Positions 44,001 to 59,233 of a stretch of DNA of 64,000 nt are shown piece by piece; the first letter of the stretch is position 1; each line of letters starts with the position of its first letter. The stretch comes from Euglena gracilis (taxonomy: Eukaryota): the NCBI GenBank assembly GCA_039621445.1, contig CP154954.1, positions 7,690,634 through 7,754,633 on the forward strand. The letters are read 5' to 3'. The position numbers were made by a program, and so were the translations under genes. The notes beneath the pieces are model-generated. The model saw only the letters and a list, made by a program, of their open reading frames with translations. It did no database searches and had not been told where the DNA came from.

Positions 44001-47000
44001 TTGGTATTCCTTTGGCATTCCTTTGCTTTGGTATCAATGTCATTTGGTTTATGAGACTACTTCGCAACATTCGCAAATTTACTGCGATTCGAATTATTGC
44101 ATAACTGAAAAAATAACGCCCAAAAAAAAACGCATCGCTAACCAACGACCTTCGATCTCTAAGCCAATTCTCAGCCAGGAACAGAATAAAAAAAAAGCAT
44201 CATTGTCCCCTTGGCTTGGGGTCTCTATGAAGAAAGGAATTTCACCACGGGGAGATGGAGAACAGGGGCTTTTTTTAAGACCGGGGGAGTCCCCCCCCCC
44301 CCACCCACCCCCTGGGGGCCCCGGGGGGGTCCCGAGGGACCCACTCAATTTTCCCGAAAATGGCCAAAAATCGCAAAAAATGCTAAAAATAGCTCCTTTT
44401 CACAAATTTTCGGCGCCTTCGGCGCTGAAAAGTACACCCCACTCCCCCTGGGGGGACCCCCCGAGAGGCGGGGGGGCTCGGCCGGACCCCACCACCCTAA
44501 CAAGACTAAAAAAAACCCTGATGGAGAAATCAAGCATCCTTAGACCATATTTACTTTGAGGACCCCCGCAACACAGTGGTACAATTTTGGAGGCACGCTG
44601 CCATCCCCTGGAGTGATATGTGGAGGACGAGGAGGGGGTCAGGCCGGGAGCGCCGCAGACTCCTCCCATAGTACCTGCCATACATTGCCAGGCTCCTGCA
44701 TGCGAGCGCTCAAGCGGTCCGCCACATCTCGTTTGAGAGCACAGAAAACAGATTCACGAATAGAACCTCGAGAAACCACAAAGAACCCGAGAAAGCAAAA
44801 GCAGGTTCAGATGTTTATGAGATTTGCATAAAATCTGTTTACATAATATGCATGGACACATGCAAATGAAAATGGAATCATCACATAATTATCTATTGAT
44901 CTATTGTCTTTTTTAATTACAGTATCTATTTCATATTCAATATCCAATATGTGCATGTAACATGATAATTGAAATTGTAACAATGGACGATTTATTTCAT
45001 TAAAAAATCAACAACACAAGAACACACGCGAAAATGACAAAACATATGACTTTTCAGAGCAACTTCCCAGGCCACGGGGATGCGGCGCACAGTGCAGCTC
45101 CCGGGCCTCGTGGGGTCCCACCGTGCAGCCCGTGTTGAGGCCATGCTCCCGGTCGAAGTCTGCCAGCCGGGCGGCACTGAAGTCCTTCGGGGAGTACCAC
45201 CGCACGAAGTCGACGAGGCACGGGTCGAACGGGTTGGCCGCCTTGAACGCCTGCATGTCCGACTGTGGTTGAGAAGAAGGGAACAGGAAACAGCAAACGC
45301 GAGACACGACCAGGAATGCAGCATGAACCCTAAAAAAAGCGACCCAAAAAAAATGCAAAGGGGCATATTTTCCCCCCGAAAGGAGTAGTAAGATCAGCTG
45401 GGCGAGTTGGGCGGGTGTGGGAAGTTGAGCAGGTTTTCCAAGGGGCAGACTCATCAGGGAACACGTACACATAGCATGTTACAAGATGGTGTATCAACAT
45501 ACGGCACAGGACACAAAAGACATCGCAAAAGATGCACAGACGCACACACGATAAGCAAGAACGATCTTCTGAGCAAGAAAGGCAACAAAACACATCAATC
45601 TGGAAGACAAGTGAGCCGTCAACCACATGTTTCAAAAATGATGTGATTCCATTCGGGCCTTAGGTTCTTGACACCATTTCATATATTTCATATTTCATAC
45701 CATTTCATATTTCATTTCATATTTCATATTTCACCACCAATGCCATTGGCAGCGTGCTCCGTCTGACAAAAGGAACTGGTGGCAAATGCAATTGTCTGTC
45801 TGTTGGGTGTGGGAATATCGTCCGTGATGCCACACCAACAGGAACGCCGCCCACACACCAAAACAAAATTGCACACGCCTGCAGCGAGCCAGTCTGCAGC
45901 CGAGTCCGCAGTCGGTGGGCCTCGCGCGAGGTGCCGAGGCGGGAGAACACCTCCTGCTGCTGGCCCACCATGTCCTCCGTGACTGGCAGCGGCTGCTGCG
46001 TAGCCGACAGGAGAGGTCGGCATTTCCAAGGCTCGGTCGCACCGGAACACCAACATCGTTTTCGGTGATTTGCACCATTTTCTGTTTATTTAAACCATAC
46101 CTTCATTCTTTGTTTCTTGTTTTTTTTCCTTCTTGTTTCTTGTTTTTATTTTTACCACTTTCTGTGCCTGAAAAGAATACATTGGTCTGTTGCTGTTGAA
46201 TGGGGTCTGTGGATGTCGAGGAGTGAATTATGGCCCTGCAAGCATCTGCACAAAAAAAATGAGCGAAGTGAAATGAAAAATGAAAACAAAAAAATTTGAG
46301 ACAAATTTCGTTGTTGTTTTTTTGCAACCTCTGCGCGCAGCTCCGGAAGAGAAAAAAAGTAAATTAATAATTCAATTTGGGACTTTGGTTTAAGGTTAAG
46401 GGGGTGGAGATGATGGGTCCGCATCACCCCAGCATTGGATCTGGACCACCCTCCGTCTTACCCCCCTCCCGGGTCGGGCTGTCGGGACCCCTCCCGCTAC
46501 CACCAACCTCAAAACCGAAGCTGGTTCCATCACTGGACGTCCCTCAGTAGTGATGTCAGCATCCCCAAACTTGGACAAACGGTGGGCTTCCATGGCATTC
46601 CCTGAGTTGTGTCAGAAAACAAGGACGGGTGCAGGTCAAACATGCACTCAGACACAGTTGAAGAGCTGGCCGCATGGCAACCCTGCTGGGGCTGGCGCGG
46701 TTCAGAAACTGGCCCCGACCCTACCCCGCGGACCAGCATTCCCCGCCGTCCATTCCCCACCCAGGTGACTTGCAACCGACACTGACACTGACGTTCCGCG
46801 CGCCTTTCGCCGCGGTGTGCTTCACCGAATTTCCCAAATTTATCACTGTGGACCTGTCAACTGGTTTGCGACCGAAAAACAAACTGAGCCCCATTCTGGT
46901 GGTGCAACCCGGTTCCCACTTCCACGGCACATCTGTGCCCCGAACCTTGCAAACACCACAGGCCACCTTGCCACATGGCAGCGGGCCCCTCGGCGGGATG

Positions 47001-48701
47001 AAAAGCGCGCGGCCAGACCGCAACAGCGCCGCGTCGCCCAGCGGCCGCAGCGCCCCCAGCCGGCCCTCCGCGTGCAACGCCGGCGCCGGGCTGGCGGGGC
47101 CGCCCGTCGCCGCCGCCGGAAAGGGGCTCTGCGTGGGGCTGCCGCTGTCGGGCTGGAGGAGTGAAGGGTTTGCACAGATGTCTGTGTGGGTGTGTGTGTG
47201 CGTGTGCGTGTGCGTGTGCGTGTGCGTGTGCGTGTGCGTGTGCGTGTGCGTGTGCGTGTGCGTGTGCGTGGGCGTGCGCGTGGGCGTGCGCGTGTGGGTG
47301 CGCGTGCGCGTGCGCGTGCGCGTGCGCGTGCGCGTGCGCGTGCGCGTGCGCGTGCGCGTGCGCGTGCGCGTGCGCGTGCGCGTGCGTGCGCGTGCGCGTG
47401 CGCGTGCGCGTGCGCGTGAGCGTGCGCGTGCGAGTGCGCGTGCGAGAGCGTGCGCGTGCGCGTGAGAGTGCGAGTGTGCGCGTGCGCGTGCGCGTGCGCG
47501 TGCGCGTGCGTGTGTGCGTGCGTGCGCGTGTGAGCGTGCGCGTGCGCGTGCGCGTGCGCGTGCGCGTGGCGTCGCGTGCGCGTGCGCGTGCGCGTGCGCG
47601 TGCGCGTGCGTGCGTGAGAGTGAGCGTGAGTGCGCGTGCGCGTGCGCGTGCGTGCGCGTGCGCGTGCGCGTGCGCGTGCGCGTGCGCGTGAGAGTGAGAG
47701 TGCGCGTGTGCGTGTGCGTGTGCGTGCGAGTGCGTGTGCGTGTGCGCGTGCGCGTGTGCGTGCGTGTGCGCGTGTGCGTGCGCGTGCGCGTGCGCGTGCG
47801 CGTGCGCGTGCGCGTGCGCGTGCGCGTGCGCGTGCGCGTGTGTGTGTGCGTGTGCGTGAGAGCGTGCGCGTGCGCGTGCGCGTGCGCGTGCGCGTGCGCG
47901 TGCGCGTGCGCGTGTGCGCGTGCGCGTGCGCGTGCGCGTGCGCGTGAGCGTGCGCGTGCGCGTGAGCGCGTGCGCGTGAGAGTGCGCGTGCGCGTGCGCG
48001 TGAGAGTGCGCGTGCGCTGAGCGCGCGTGCGCGCGCGTGCGAGTGCGCGTGCGTGCGAGTGCGCGTGCGCGTGCGCGTGAGCGTGCGCGTGAGAGTGAGA
48101 GTGCGAGTGCGCGTGCGCGTGCGCGTGCGCGTGAGAGTGCGCGTGCGCGTGCGAGTGCGCGTGCGCGTGCGCGTGAGAGTGCGAGTGAGAGTGCGCGTGA
48201 TGTGCGCGTGCAGGTGAGAGTGCGCGTGCGCGTGAGCGTGGTGAGCGTGCGCGTGCGCGTGCGCGTGAGCGTGCGCGTGCGCGTGCGCGGCGCGTGAGAG
48301 TGCGCGTGCGCGTGGAGAGTGCGCGTGCGAGTGAGTGCGTGTTGCGCGTGCGAGTGCGCGTGCGCGTGCGCGTGCGCGTGAGGGCGTAGAGTGAGCGTGC
48401 GCGTGAGAGTGCGAGTGCGCGTGAGCGTGAGAGTGCGCGTGCCGTGCGCGTGCGAGTGAGAGTGCGGAGCGTGAGCGTGAGAGTGCGCGTGAGAGTGCGA
48501 GCGTGAGTGAGCGTGAGAGAGAGTGAGAGTGAGAGTGAGAGTGTGAGTGAGAGTGTGAGAGTGAGCGAGTGAGAGTGCGAGTGAGAGGTGAGAGTGAGAG
48601 TGAGAAGTGAGAGTGTGACGTGTGAGAGTGAGCGTGAGTGAGCGTGACGAGAGATGGTGAGAGTGAGAGTGAGAGTGAGAGTGAGTGTGAGAGTGAGAGT
48701 G

Positions 48702-48785
<84 letters not shown>

Positions 48786-49028
48786 TGAGTGTGAGTGTGA
48801 GTGTGAGTGTGAGTGTGAGTGTGAGTGTGAGTGTGAGTGTGAGTGTGAGTGTGAGTGTGAGTGTGAGTGTGAGTGTGAGTGTGGTGTGTGTGTGTGTGTG
48901 GTGTGTGTGTGTGTGTGGTGTGTGTGTGGTGTGTGGTGTGTGTGTGTGTGTGTGTGGTGTGTGTGTGTGGTGTGTGTGTGTGTGTGTGTGGTGTGTGTGT
49001 GGTGTGTGTGTGTGGTGTGTGTGTGTGT

Positions 49029-49087
<59 letters not shown>

Positions 49088-52000
49088 GTGGGTGGGTGGC
49101 GGGCGCGGGCGGGCGGGTGGGCGTTGTGTTGTGTTGTGCGCTGTGTGTACGTGTGTTGGGAGGGTAAAAGCTACTTTTGAACTACCCGGGGAGAGGGGGG
49201 GTGCCTTTTTTTTTGTGCTATGGGGTGTCTGCCCATGACTGCCCACCCGGGGGGGGGGACTTAAAAAGAAGCCTGGTTGGGTGGGAGGGGAATCGCAACC
49301 CTGTGGAGTGTGGTGGTCTAGCCGGCCAGCACCTGTTTCCGAGTCAGCAGCCCGGCAGGTCTGAGGCCCGGAGTTGACTGAGAAAAGCTGGATCCAGCTC
49401 AGACCAGCCAAACCATTGCAGTGCACAAAAAAAAGTCCGAATGGTGTGCATTGAAGGGGTTGGGAGGGGGGGGGGGTGAATTTCGTGCATTCAGGGGCGT
49501 GTTTCTCTTTGGATGGAAACCTGCACCATCCCCCCACCGTGCAACTTCCTCTGAGGGTTCATTCTGCTGTCATCGAGACAAGGCAAAGATAGGTTCGATA
49601 CTTTTCTGGGACTAGTTAACCTGCATTGGCACAGGTAGACACCTGTTTCGAGTGATGGAGGGTTCTACCCAAGCTAATTAAAAGGTCGGTCGGTCCCACC
49701 AAAAGGGCCAACCCTCCTGACACGAGGGGAGGGGGGAGGGGGGCATGTTCTCATCTGATGTTGGCATGTCTAAAAAGGTGGTGGAAATGTGCTGCGGAAA
49801 TGGGCAGAATTGTATACTGTACAAGAGGCTTCACAAAGAAAGGTGCTGCAACCAATATTTTGGTTGAGTTTTATTTGCCGTGCTTCAGGGGTGTAGGCAG
49901 ATACCCCCTCCCCCTTCAGCCGTTGTCCAACGCCACTAATGTTCGTCTCCAACACGGGGGGGGGGGGGAGTGGCACACCTCGATGTCCTCGTCCCCCAAA
50001 TCAAGGTCCCATCCGTCCGTTTCGCTGGTGAGTGGGGTTGGGGGATGGCTGCCTTGGGAAGGGGCCAAGGCCAAGATGAGACGACAGGCACAGGCGTCCC
50101 TTAGCGAAGAGCAAACTTAGGAATGAGCAAGAAAGCTGCAATGGCAAAGAAGAGGGGCCCTCCGTGGAGGGCGCGACATGGACCCTCAAAAAAGCGACGC
50201 AAAAAAATAAAATAAAAGCAAATAAACAAAAAAACGAGAAAAAAAACGCAAATTGTACGAAATCAAAAACAGCAAAAAAAAAACACAAAAAAGACGCATT
50301 TGCGCCCCCCCCCATGTCAACACCAAGCTGTCTGGACAACAGTACAGCACTCTCCTGGGAGATGGCGGTTTACCCAAGGGGTTCCCCCTCCGTTCATTCT
50401 AATTGTCAAGTAAAAGAACCATGATTCACAATTACGGAACCAGACCACTTGTGCGAACTCTGCGATTGCATTCCCACAGGAGGGAGGCTTTCCCAACCTG
50501 AAGGGGAAGCCCTCTCCACGCGGCAAGCTGCGAGAAATGCACGTTTCGACTGCCTCTCGCCCCACAGCTCATGGCAGCCATGGCACGGGAACCACCGTCC
50601 GCTGTTGTGCAATGCATGCGTTCACCATCTGCAGCTTCTGTGTGTGCGATGGGCCGGAGAACCGGGCTGGAGAACGAATTAGCACGGGGGCGTTTGGAGG
50701 CACCCAGCACATGGGGAGCAAATTTCCCGTCAAGAGTGCGTGATACAGCGCGAAGTCATGCTCCTGCACCACAATATCCTCATCAATAGATCAAGGGCGG
50801 TTCAATTTGAACAAATCATCCACACATGCAAATTGAAAAAGAGGGAGGAAATCGAGCACCTGCAGTTTTTTGTCATTTTCTGTTTTTATTTTTCCCCCCA
50901 AGAAAAGAGACAGAGACTTCAAACCATGGAAATATGAAAGAAAAACCTTGGGCGGAACAAATTGAATTCTCATGCCTTGAGCTTTTGAATTGCTCCAAGA
51001 AATTTCTCAGGGGTTGGTGGCCAGGGGTTGGTGGCCATGATGCATGTCATTGGCGGGCAGGCACACGCCTGGTGGAGGAGGCAGGAACTCCAGTCCGGGG
51101 GGCCGGGGTGGACGTGGGGGAGCAGCGTCTCCCCCGCCTCCCAGAACAGCCGCACCGCCTCCGCGAAGCGCCGCCACAGCCGCAGCACCGCCGCCACGCT
51201 GTCCGCCGCGGAGCTCTGCTGCGGGCAACGGCCTCCGTTCGACCCCCCCCGACCCCGCCGCCGGCGGCCGGACAAGGTTGGGCGGGTCTTGGTTGGCCCC
51301 CAGGGCAGTGTGGGAAGGCCTGTTGGGGGTCGACCTCACCCGCCCATAGGGTTTCCGGACACCCACGCCACCACCCACCACAAGCACCGCCAAGGGAAAA
51401 GTCCTTTGGGCCGGAGGAAAGCGTTGGCCCAGAAATCGGCGGCCCCGGAAACATGGGAAGTCCTGGTGGGGGGGGTCCGACCACAAGGGTTTGGGGGTTC
51501 CCGTGCAGCCCTGGGTCTTGGAGCCTTGGGGTGCCCTGGGGCACCTGTCACGGAAGGAGGGTCGTGCCTGCCGGGGCGTGGAGAGAAATTGCCTGAACTG
51601 CATTTGTATGGAATTTTGGTGCCCTCGGTGCTGGAGAGCCCAACAGCACTTTGCCGAGGGGGTCGAATCTGGGTACTTTGGGGTGCCTGCCCAGGGAAGC
51701 AGGAGGGGGGGGGGGGTGCAGCATGGATCATCGAAAAACGCGAAGCAAGAAAATGCAAAAAAAAAATTGGAAACCCAGGTTTCATGTAAACTCAGGAGTA
51801 CCCCAGGAAGCACATTTTTTGTGCTGCAGAGGACCAAAATTTTTCACCTGCTCTGGGGAACTTTTTCACATACAAATCAAAATTAAATGAATATTTATTT
51901 TGTACATGCATGTATGTGTTGTTATGTCTGTATTTTGATCAGCTTTTGGAAAGCCTGATTCCAAAATTATGTGATTTGTTGGGGGGGAACTCCCCCAAAA

Positions 52001-55000
52001 ATGACAAAAAAATGGTAAAAAGTTTTGGTCTTGGGGGGATGCAAAATTGGCAAAAGTTAAAAAAAAACGCAAAAAACGTCTCCCCCACCCTTTGAAGCAG
52101 ACATGCCCCCACTGGTGACTGGTGGGGTCGGCCAGGCCAAAATCCAGCCTGCTTACACCCATCTGGGTGTGAACAGGAGTGGTCATTGGCCGGAGGGCGA
52201 CCACCTGGGCAGCCTGGTACGCCAGCAGGGCATGAGCAGACCCCGGGCGAAGGGGAATCATTGGACGATGGTGCAGTCCGTGGGGGAGGAGGGGGAAACA
52301 TGCTGTTTGTATTTTTTGTCTTTTTCGCATTTTTGTGGAGTTGCTTTGTGGTGCAGCTATTCACCTGTCCATGTGCAAATGTTTTGCCCCCCCCCCGACC
52401 ACGGTATTGACCAACCAACCTGCCTGGATCAGTCAAGTTCTGGAGTAAACTAGTTGAACGAGTGAATGCAACACGAAGGGGGGGGGTGCCTTGTGATATG
52501 GGGTGCGTGCACGTAGCAGGCATACTCATCGGGGTATTTCACCCTGTCTGCCTGTGTCTGGGATTTCTGAATAATACACCCCCCTCCACACTGTGAAAGT
52601 AAAAAATGAAAAAACCATTGATTTCCTGTTGAAAACAGCATATAGTACAAAAATATGGTACAACAAATTGAACAGCATTGACGTCAAAAAAAAGATTCAA
52701 GAATCGAAATTCTTCAAAATATTGAGTTTTTTAATGTTCATTTTGAGGGTCTTTTTTTCAGTTTTTGAATCCCCTGCACCACGCTTTGGATGCCCAAACA
52801 ATATATTCCCTGGGCAGGTCTCTTGGGGGGTCTCTCTGCGGCTCTCTGCGGCAGGTGGGTGGGGAGCGGAGTGGGTTAGAGGTGGCGGAGAAAGGCAATT
52901 AGGAAAATGCGGTGCAAAGCAGCCCAACCAAAACTCACGGGGCCTGAGTTTGAGTCCCTGCGGGGGGTCCGGGGCCTGGGCCGGCATGGTGTCCGGGGCG
53001 TAGAGGGAGAGGGCGGGGCTGGCCAGGCCGGGCGGCCCCTCGGGGGGCAGGCACTGGAGGGAGGGCGAGAAGACGGCCTGGACGTACTCCAGCGCCTGAG
53101 ACGGGGGAGAAGGGCCGGGGGGAGCCCACCGTAACGACACGCCGGAGTGGGTGGGCGACACGCACCAAACCGACACGGGGCCTACATGATCCCGACACTT
53201 ACAGTTTGCTCCACACATATTTTTTTGTGGTTTCTGAAAATAGGTCGGAAGACAGTCTTACAGCGAGAGTTCAGCGGCCCAACCTGAACCAGCATCCTGC
53301 TGCCGGGGCCGTTGGAACGGGATATCATTTCTCGGCCGTGCACAGCCTGCAATGTGCAAGGTCGGGAATATCCGAAATGTTAAAAATAAAAAAATGTTAA
53401 AAAAATAAAAAATTGTTAATAATAAAAAACAACAGGAAGATTCTCTTTGGGGGAAAGCATTTGAGACACAATGGTCACGGGGGGGGGGGGGGGCACCTGC
53501 TCCTCGGTCAAGAGGTGGGTCTGGTGGTGGGCGAGCAGGGTGCCCACCCGCAGCACCAGTGCCCCGGCGTCCCGCCCGGTGGCCACCAGCACGTCGCACT
53601 GCTTGCGCCGGGAAAGAAACATCTCAGGCGGGGAAACGCACTCGTGGTGGATCGGGCGTCCCAAATGCACAAATCAGCCAGAAATATATACATGTATATA
53701 TAATATTTTTAAAATAAATTTTATAATATATAATATATGTTACATAAAACATGATATAATATATTATGTATAATACATAATACATGACACATAATGTATA
53801 ATATATAATATATGATATAAATAGATAATACTGATATGTAATATATAATAATATATATATATATTAATATATAATATATAATATATAAGATATATAATAT
53901 ATAATCTCTATCTTAATATTATATTTCTCCTCTATATATTATCTCTATATCTATCTCTTAATATATATATATATTATATTATTATCTATCTCTCCTCTCC
54001 TATCTATTCTCTCCTATCTATTAATGTATCTAATCTCTGTCTCCTCTCTCCTCTCTCCTCTTATCTATCTCTCTCCTCTCTCATCTCCTCTTCCTCTCTC
54101 TCTCTGTATATTATCTATATATCCTATCTCCTATATATTATATATATATATATATATCTCCTCTTATCTATATATATATATTATCTTATGTATATATATC
54201 TCTCTCTCTCCTCTCCTATATATATATCCTCTCTCCTCTCTCCTCTCTCCTCTCTCCTCTCTCCTCTTATCTTATATCTCCTCTCTCCTGTATTATTTTT
54301 TTCTCTCCTCTCCCCTCTGTCCTCTTTCCTCTCTCCTATGGTCTCTCCTCTCTTTCTCTCTCTTCTCTTTCTCTTCTCTCTTCCTCTTCTCTCTTCCTCT
54401 TTCTCTCTCTTCTCTTCCTCTCTCCTCTGTGGTCTCTTTCGTCTCCCTCTGTTTTGTCTCCTCTCTCCTGTCTCCTGTCTCCTGTCTCCTGTGTTGTTTT
54501 TTTTCCTTTGTGTCTCTGTGGCTTGTTTTCTCTCTATTGTCTGTCTTTGTCCTCTTGTCTTAATTTATCTTCTCCTCCCCCCATATTCTTATAATATAAT
54601 GTGGTATGTATTTTCAAATATTTCATATAATGTATGGTATATGATATATAATACGTAACATATAATACATAATATATAAATACACAATCTATAATATGTA
54701 ATATGTAATATGTAATATGCAATATGCAATATGTATATATAATATAATAGATATGAATAAAAACAACATGAAAAAAATTAGTCACATTAATAATGTTTTT
54801 TCATTCATCCTGAAAAAAATAGTAAAGAATACACCCAAAAAATTATACGAATTAGGATGCAAAAAGATTAAATTTTCAATTTATTTTTTACCGTTTAAAA
54901 TTAATTTTTTCATCTTATCCTAAACCACACAGAATTAATTGACAATTATTATCAAAAAAAATCATGCGTGGATGCAGAGATGGGAGAGTGAGTTGAATTG

Positions 55001-58000
55001 TTAGTTGCACTGTATGAGGTGGAGCACGGTGGGCATGTGGCACTTTTGTCTTACCATTTCCTTGCAGGATTGTTTGCTGTCACAAAATCATATGTCAAAA
55101 ATCGGACAGTTTATTGAACACATGCAGAGCGAGAGCCCCCCCCCCCCCCAATCCATTGCTTTATTTGGGGTTTCAGAAAAATCTGCCCAAAAGAGTTCGC
55201 CAATTCTTGGGAGGAGCCGGATTTGGTTTTCTGCGCGACTGCGTGTCCTTCAATTCTTCGATCCAAACAGCGAAACAACTTCGCTTCGCTTCGACTTCGC
55301 TTCACTTCGCTACTTCGTCCCAATGAAGAAGAACGATTGGGGAAAACACAATTTGACAGTGAGAACACTCGTCCCACACCAGCACTCCCTCCCCCAAAAA
55401 AGGAACGTAGAGCCTTGAATAGCACAGCTTGGAATGGCATTGGTCGCTCGTGGCTTCTCCTTTGAATTCCTTTTTCTTCATTTTGGGGGTTTCTTGCATT
55501 TGGGTGTCGGTCGGTTTGTTCCCAAAGGTTGCTTAAAGGGGGAACATTTGATTGAGTCCGTCAATCAAGTGGACGCACTTGATTGCCCAGCGCAGCCATA
55601 GACACACTTATGGCCAGTTTCCCCCCCCCCATGACCCTGTCCTGGGGGGTCCTGGGGGGGCCCTGGGGGGGTCTTGGGGGGGTCCTGGGGGGGGGTCCTG
55701 GGGGGTCTTGGGGGGGTCCTGGGGGGGGGGGTCCTGGGGGGGGTCTTGGGGGGTCCTGGGGGGGTCCTGGGGGGGTCCTGGGGGGGTCCTGGGGGGGGTC
55801 GTGGGGGGGGGGGGGGAACTGGCCATGACTCCATAGACAAGAACCTTTGCCCGGGCTACCCAAGAGCGGTCCCCGCCGGGCCGGAAATCGCGATCCGAAA
55901 GCCCCTGCGCCTGGTACTGGTGCTCCAGCACCACATCCGTGGCGGGGCGTCTCACGGAACAGGCACAACCCCCACGGCGCACATGAGAAGCGTGAGCTCC
56001 AAAACCCCCCCTGGCGTTTCAAAGGGAGGCATGGTGATGGAATCGATCGGGGTGAACTCCTGACTTGCGTCTTTCGAAACTGGCGAATGCTGAAGAAAGG
56101 GAAGAGCAAGTGGCTCGCGGGAGTCCCTTTTTTATTGGGCTAATCCCCCCCCCCCATGGGATGGACAATGTAGCCCTGGTGGTGTCAAACAAGTGCAGAT
56201 TTCTTGAAATGGTCAAAAATGAAGTTTTCCCCACAGCGCAAATCATGTCTGGCACAGCCCCACTGAAACTCTAGTCCAGGGGGGTGGAGGGGGGGGAATT
56301 GGTGAATACAGTTGGTAGGTTGAAGGTTGAATTGCTCTTGGAAAAGGGCAGGAGTCATTGGGGGGGGGGGGGATCAGAAGGGGACGCATGGGACCGTGGG
56401 ACCTCCCACTGAGGAACTCGCGGACCTGGTCACCCAGGAGGACACCGACCTCGCCAGCCGCACTCTGGAAGCGGCCAGAGGCGGAGGCTGCCAGGCAGGG
56501 GGTCTAAGTCCTGATCACAGTTGAACTTAGCGTCCCTCCCAGCATGGGGGGGGGGGCACTTTTTCCCAGGCAAAAAACCACCTGCGCACTTTCTTTGAAA
56601 ACCCACCCACACACGCACACCCACCCACCCAAAACCCACCCAAAACTCAAGCCTCTGTATATCTTTCCAGTCCGGCATTCAACCGGGCTGGACTGACCCA
56701 TGGCACACCACCCCCCCCCCCCGGGGCAAAACTCGCGTTGTCAAACGATGTCCCGAATTGCTGTGTGTGGCCTAAACACCCCCAAAATCATACACCCATA
56801 TGCATTTGGGGATCTGAAGTCGGGGTTCGGGGTATATTTTGGGGAGGGGGTGCATTATTTGGGAAAATTCATATTGCAAAAATTGGCACCCCCACTGGCC
56901 TCAGCGGGGGGTTATGGGGGGTAACCAGACGTCCAGATCTGACTCTCCATCTTTGCGGAAAGTGATTTAGGAGATAGGAAATAGAGTGGGTGTTTTTCAG
57001 ATGGTTCTCCAATTCGAGTCCCCCCGTTTTCTGTGAAGTTTTTCCTGCTTTTTCAGCAATGCTTAGTGTGTCGTTAGGAACTTGGAAAATGTCGCAGGAA
57101 ACAGAATGTGTTCTTTTTGTAAAATTTCTGCGAAGTTTCTCTCGGTCTTTTCTGCTTTATGTGTGCTTGAAGGATTTTGTTGTATATTGCAAAAATTGGC
57201 GCCCCCACTGGCCTCAGTGGGGGCAATGTGGGGAGGGGGGTAAACCCGAAAAAAAAATCCTGTTCCTGTATGCATTTTTGGAATCACTGTGAGATGCGCT
57301 TTCTATATCGAGGGTCGAAAAAAAGTGAAAACATTCTTTGCACAAAAAAGTTCGAAATGGACCCACCCACCCGCTCTCAAAAACCCACTTTTAGGGAGAA
57401 AGAGTTTAAAGAAGCACAGATCTCAGGTTGATTCGAAAACTTCTTTCCACTTTCAGGCCTTGAACGCTTCAGGGGACACTGGTGTTGCAACCGTGGGCCG
57501 TTGCAAACAGGCGCCACGCACCTGAATGGCGACCGTGGCAGGGTCAATGGCGTGCAGTTGGTCGCAGCAGGGGTTCAGGAACTTCTCCAGAACGTGCCTT
57601 TTAAAGTCATTTGTGCAGAGAGAACAAGCTGGACGGACCCAATCTCATCCCTGTCCATTGGTCCAGCAGCAGCTGTATGCTAAAAAAAAAAACTATCCAG
57701 AAAGTATCACATTATTTTTTGTTCCTGCAGCACAGTTGCATCACATTATTTTTTGTTCCTGCTGCATGCACACACCCACACACGCACACAACATGCATCC
57801 ACCACACACATAACACAACGCAATGGACACACACACACACACACACACAACACGCAAACAGTGGAAAGGAGACGGTTTCAATTTTTTTGTGGTCGGGAGG
57901 TTATATTGGGATTATCTCACCGGAATCACCCTTCCCTGCAGGTTCTGCATCAAAAGGGGGTGAGGAGCGATCCCATCCATCACTGAGGCTCTTGGCTAAA

Positions 58001-59155
58001 ACCCTGGGCTGCGACGATGTGCGGGGAGTCGTTCGGCAGGGCCGGCCAGCGGAGCTCGCAGCGCAGCTGCTCGATGGGGTCGGCGGTGGTGCCCCAGGTC
58101 ATCGACAGGCTGCAGGCCTGGGGCGGGGGAGCGGCCCTGTGCGGTGAGCGCACTCGTTCGCTGAGTCTCCTGAGTCTCAAAAGACCAAGCTGGCAAAACG
58201 AAACAAAAATGAAGGAGGAAAGGCGGAGATGATGCATTATTTGGGGGGGACACTGCTTTAAAACTAACCATTTCGTTTCTGTGAGAAGGTGGTTTGGAAC
58301 TTTGGCCAGGTGGGTGATGGATATTCCCCCCAAAAAATGGAATCAAAAATCTAGCATATAAACAAATTATTCTGTGTGTGACAGTCTGTCCTGTGAATTG
58401 TCAAAAGATAATTTTCTGCCTGAACACCAGAAGAAACGATTTGGAAAATACATGCTGCAACGCTGCTGGTTTCGGACATTTTACAGCGCCTTATCAACGA
58501 TCCCCCCTCCGAGGAGGCAGACCATCAAAATGCATCACATAACCCGAATGATGGGGGTTACTGCAATCCGACAAATGCAGAAACAACTGCCTAAACAATT
58601 TTTTGCTTTTCATATTGCACCTCTTTCTTGGGTTGATCGAGTGCTACGATTCAGAACTTAAACCCAGCTGTGTGTCAGTCTCGCGGCCTTTCCGCTTCAC
58701 TGTCTCCCACTGGCACATCACGGTTTGCACACCGGCACGGAGCCCAAGGGGCAGGTGACCTCCTGCCAGTCCTCGGCAGCGTAGCCGGCGATACTGTACG
58801 AGTGCTGCGCCGAGACCAGCAACGGGGGAGGGGGCCCCCCGCCCAGAAGGCGGCTTGGGCAAGCTGCTGTTCGGGGAGAGGTGGGACCGCTTGTCCGCTT
58901 TGAACACATTTGGGGCGCGACCATACCACATCAGTGGACGCTGCCCATGCTCCTCCATTCAAATCAGGTTGGTTCATCGCTTTATCTTCTCAGTCGGTCA
59001 GCCTTGCAGGCTTCTTCATGCACCAAACGCCGACGCAGGGGGGGACACAGGGGGGGGATGTCAGGGGGCGCCACAGCACAAAAATACCGTAAAATAAAAA
59101 TGAACTTTTTGGCAAAATTGAAAAACACCTTTAAAGAAGCAAAAAATCGTGACAA

Positions 59156-59233
<78 letters not shown>

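Noticed and set aside
46721-49537. 938-aa minus-strand ORF and other long ORFs over repeats (8711-10318, 2894-4255, 21332-22201, 33420-34094)
   Set aside because: They are translations of stop-free microsatellites. Only short embedded exons are real.
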